From Ramazzottius varieornatus (Eukaryota > Animalia > Tardigrada): a DNA stretch of 64,000 nt. The DNA lies in the NCBI GenBank assembly GCA_001949185.1, contig BDGG01000015.1, positions 1,059,036-1,123,035 on the forward strand, in the 5' to 3' direction. A program made the position numbers and the translations under genes. This document shows, piece by piece, positions 63,841-64,000 of this stretch. Below the pieces are notes generated by a model. It worked only from the letters and a program-made list of their open reading frames with translations, was not told where the DNA came from and did no database searches. Each line of letters begins with the position of its first letter. Position 1 is the stretch's first letter.

Positions 63841-64000
63841 GTAAGAGAGCACCAGAAAGTCTATTATTAGCTCTTTACTGTAATTGTTATCTTTTGTTGT
63901 TCTTTTCGGATGAAAATTCATCAGGAATAGCACACAGGCCTTATCTCCCCTATCAGCAGTGTTTGATTGACCGATTGATCATTCAACACCGACAATACCC

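Overview
Eukaryotic, gene-dense animal genomic DNA with many short GT-AG introns (mostly ~55-150 nt) and one 50-N assembly gap; the prokaryote-style ORF track only shows exon fragments, so gene models were rebuilt by hand from splice sites. Gene order: CBP/p300 (+), nuclear receptor FTZ-F1 (+), METTL4 (-), two hAT-type non-autonomous transposons, DNAJC21 (+), NSUN5 (-), ELAV/Hu (+), afadin/canoe (-), a TA-flanked fold-back MITE, a secreted CUB + trypsin-like protease (+), Notch (-), ATP13A1 (+, with an intronic Tc1/mariner-type MITE) and the first coding exon of calcineurin A (+, continuing beyond the window). The arthropod-like FTZ-F1 ligand-binding domain plus the compactness suggest a panarthropod such as a tardigrade (inference only). 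The most notable observation is a complete but shortened Notch with 15 EGF repeats instead of ~36. It keeps the ligand-binding EGF11-12 but has no room for the Abruptex region, and it also lacks an S1 furin site and has an altered FBXW7 degron. Other points of interest: an RKKR site in the protease's autolysis loop, catalytic motifs on micro-exons, four distinct MITE/hAT insertions, and a neighbourhood resembling an ancient Notch-NR5A-ELAV-ATP13A1 linkage. I found no evidence for a wholly new multi-gene system; novelty claims need the checks listed.
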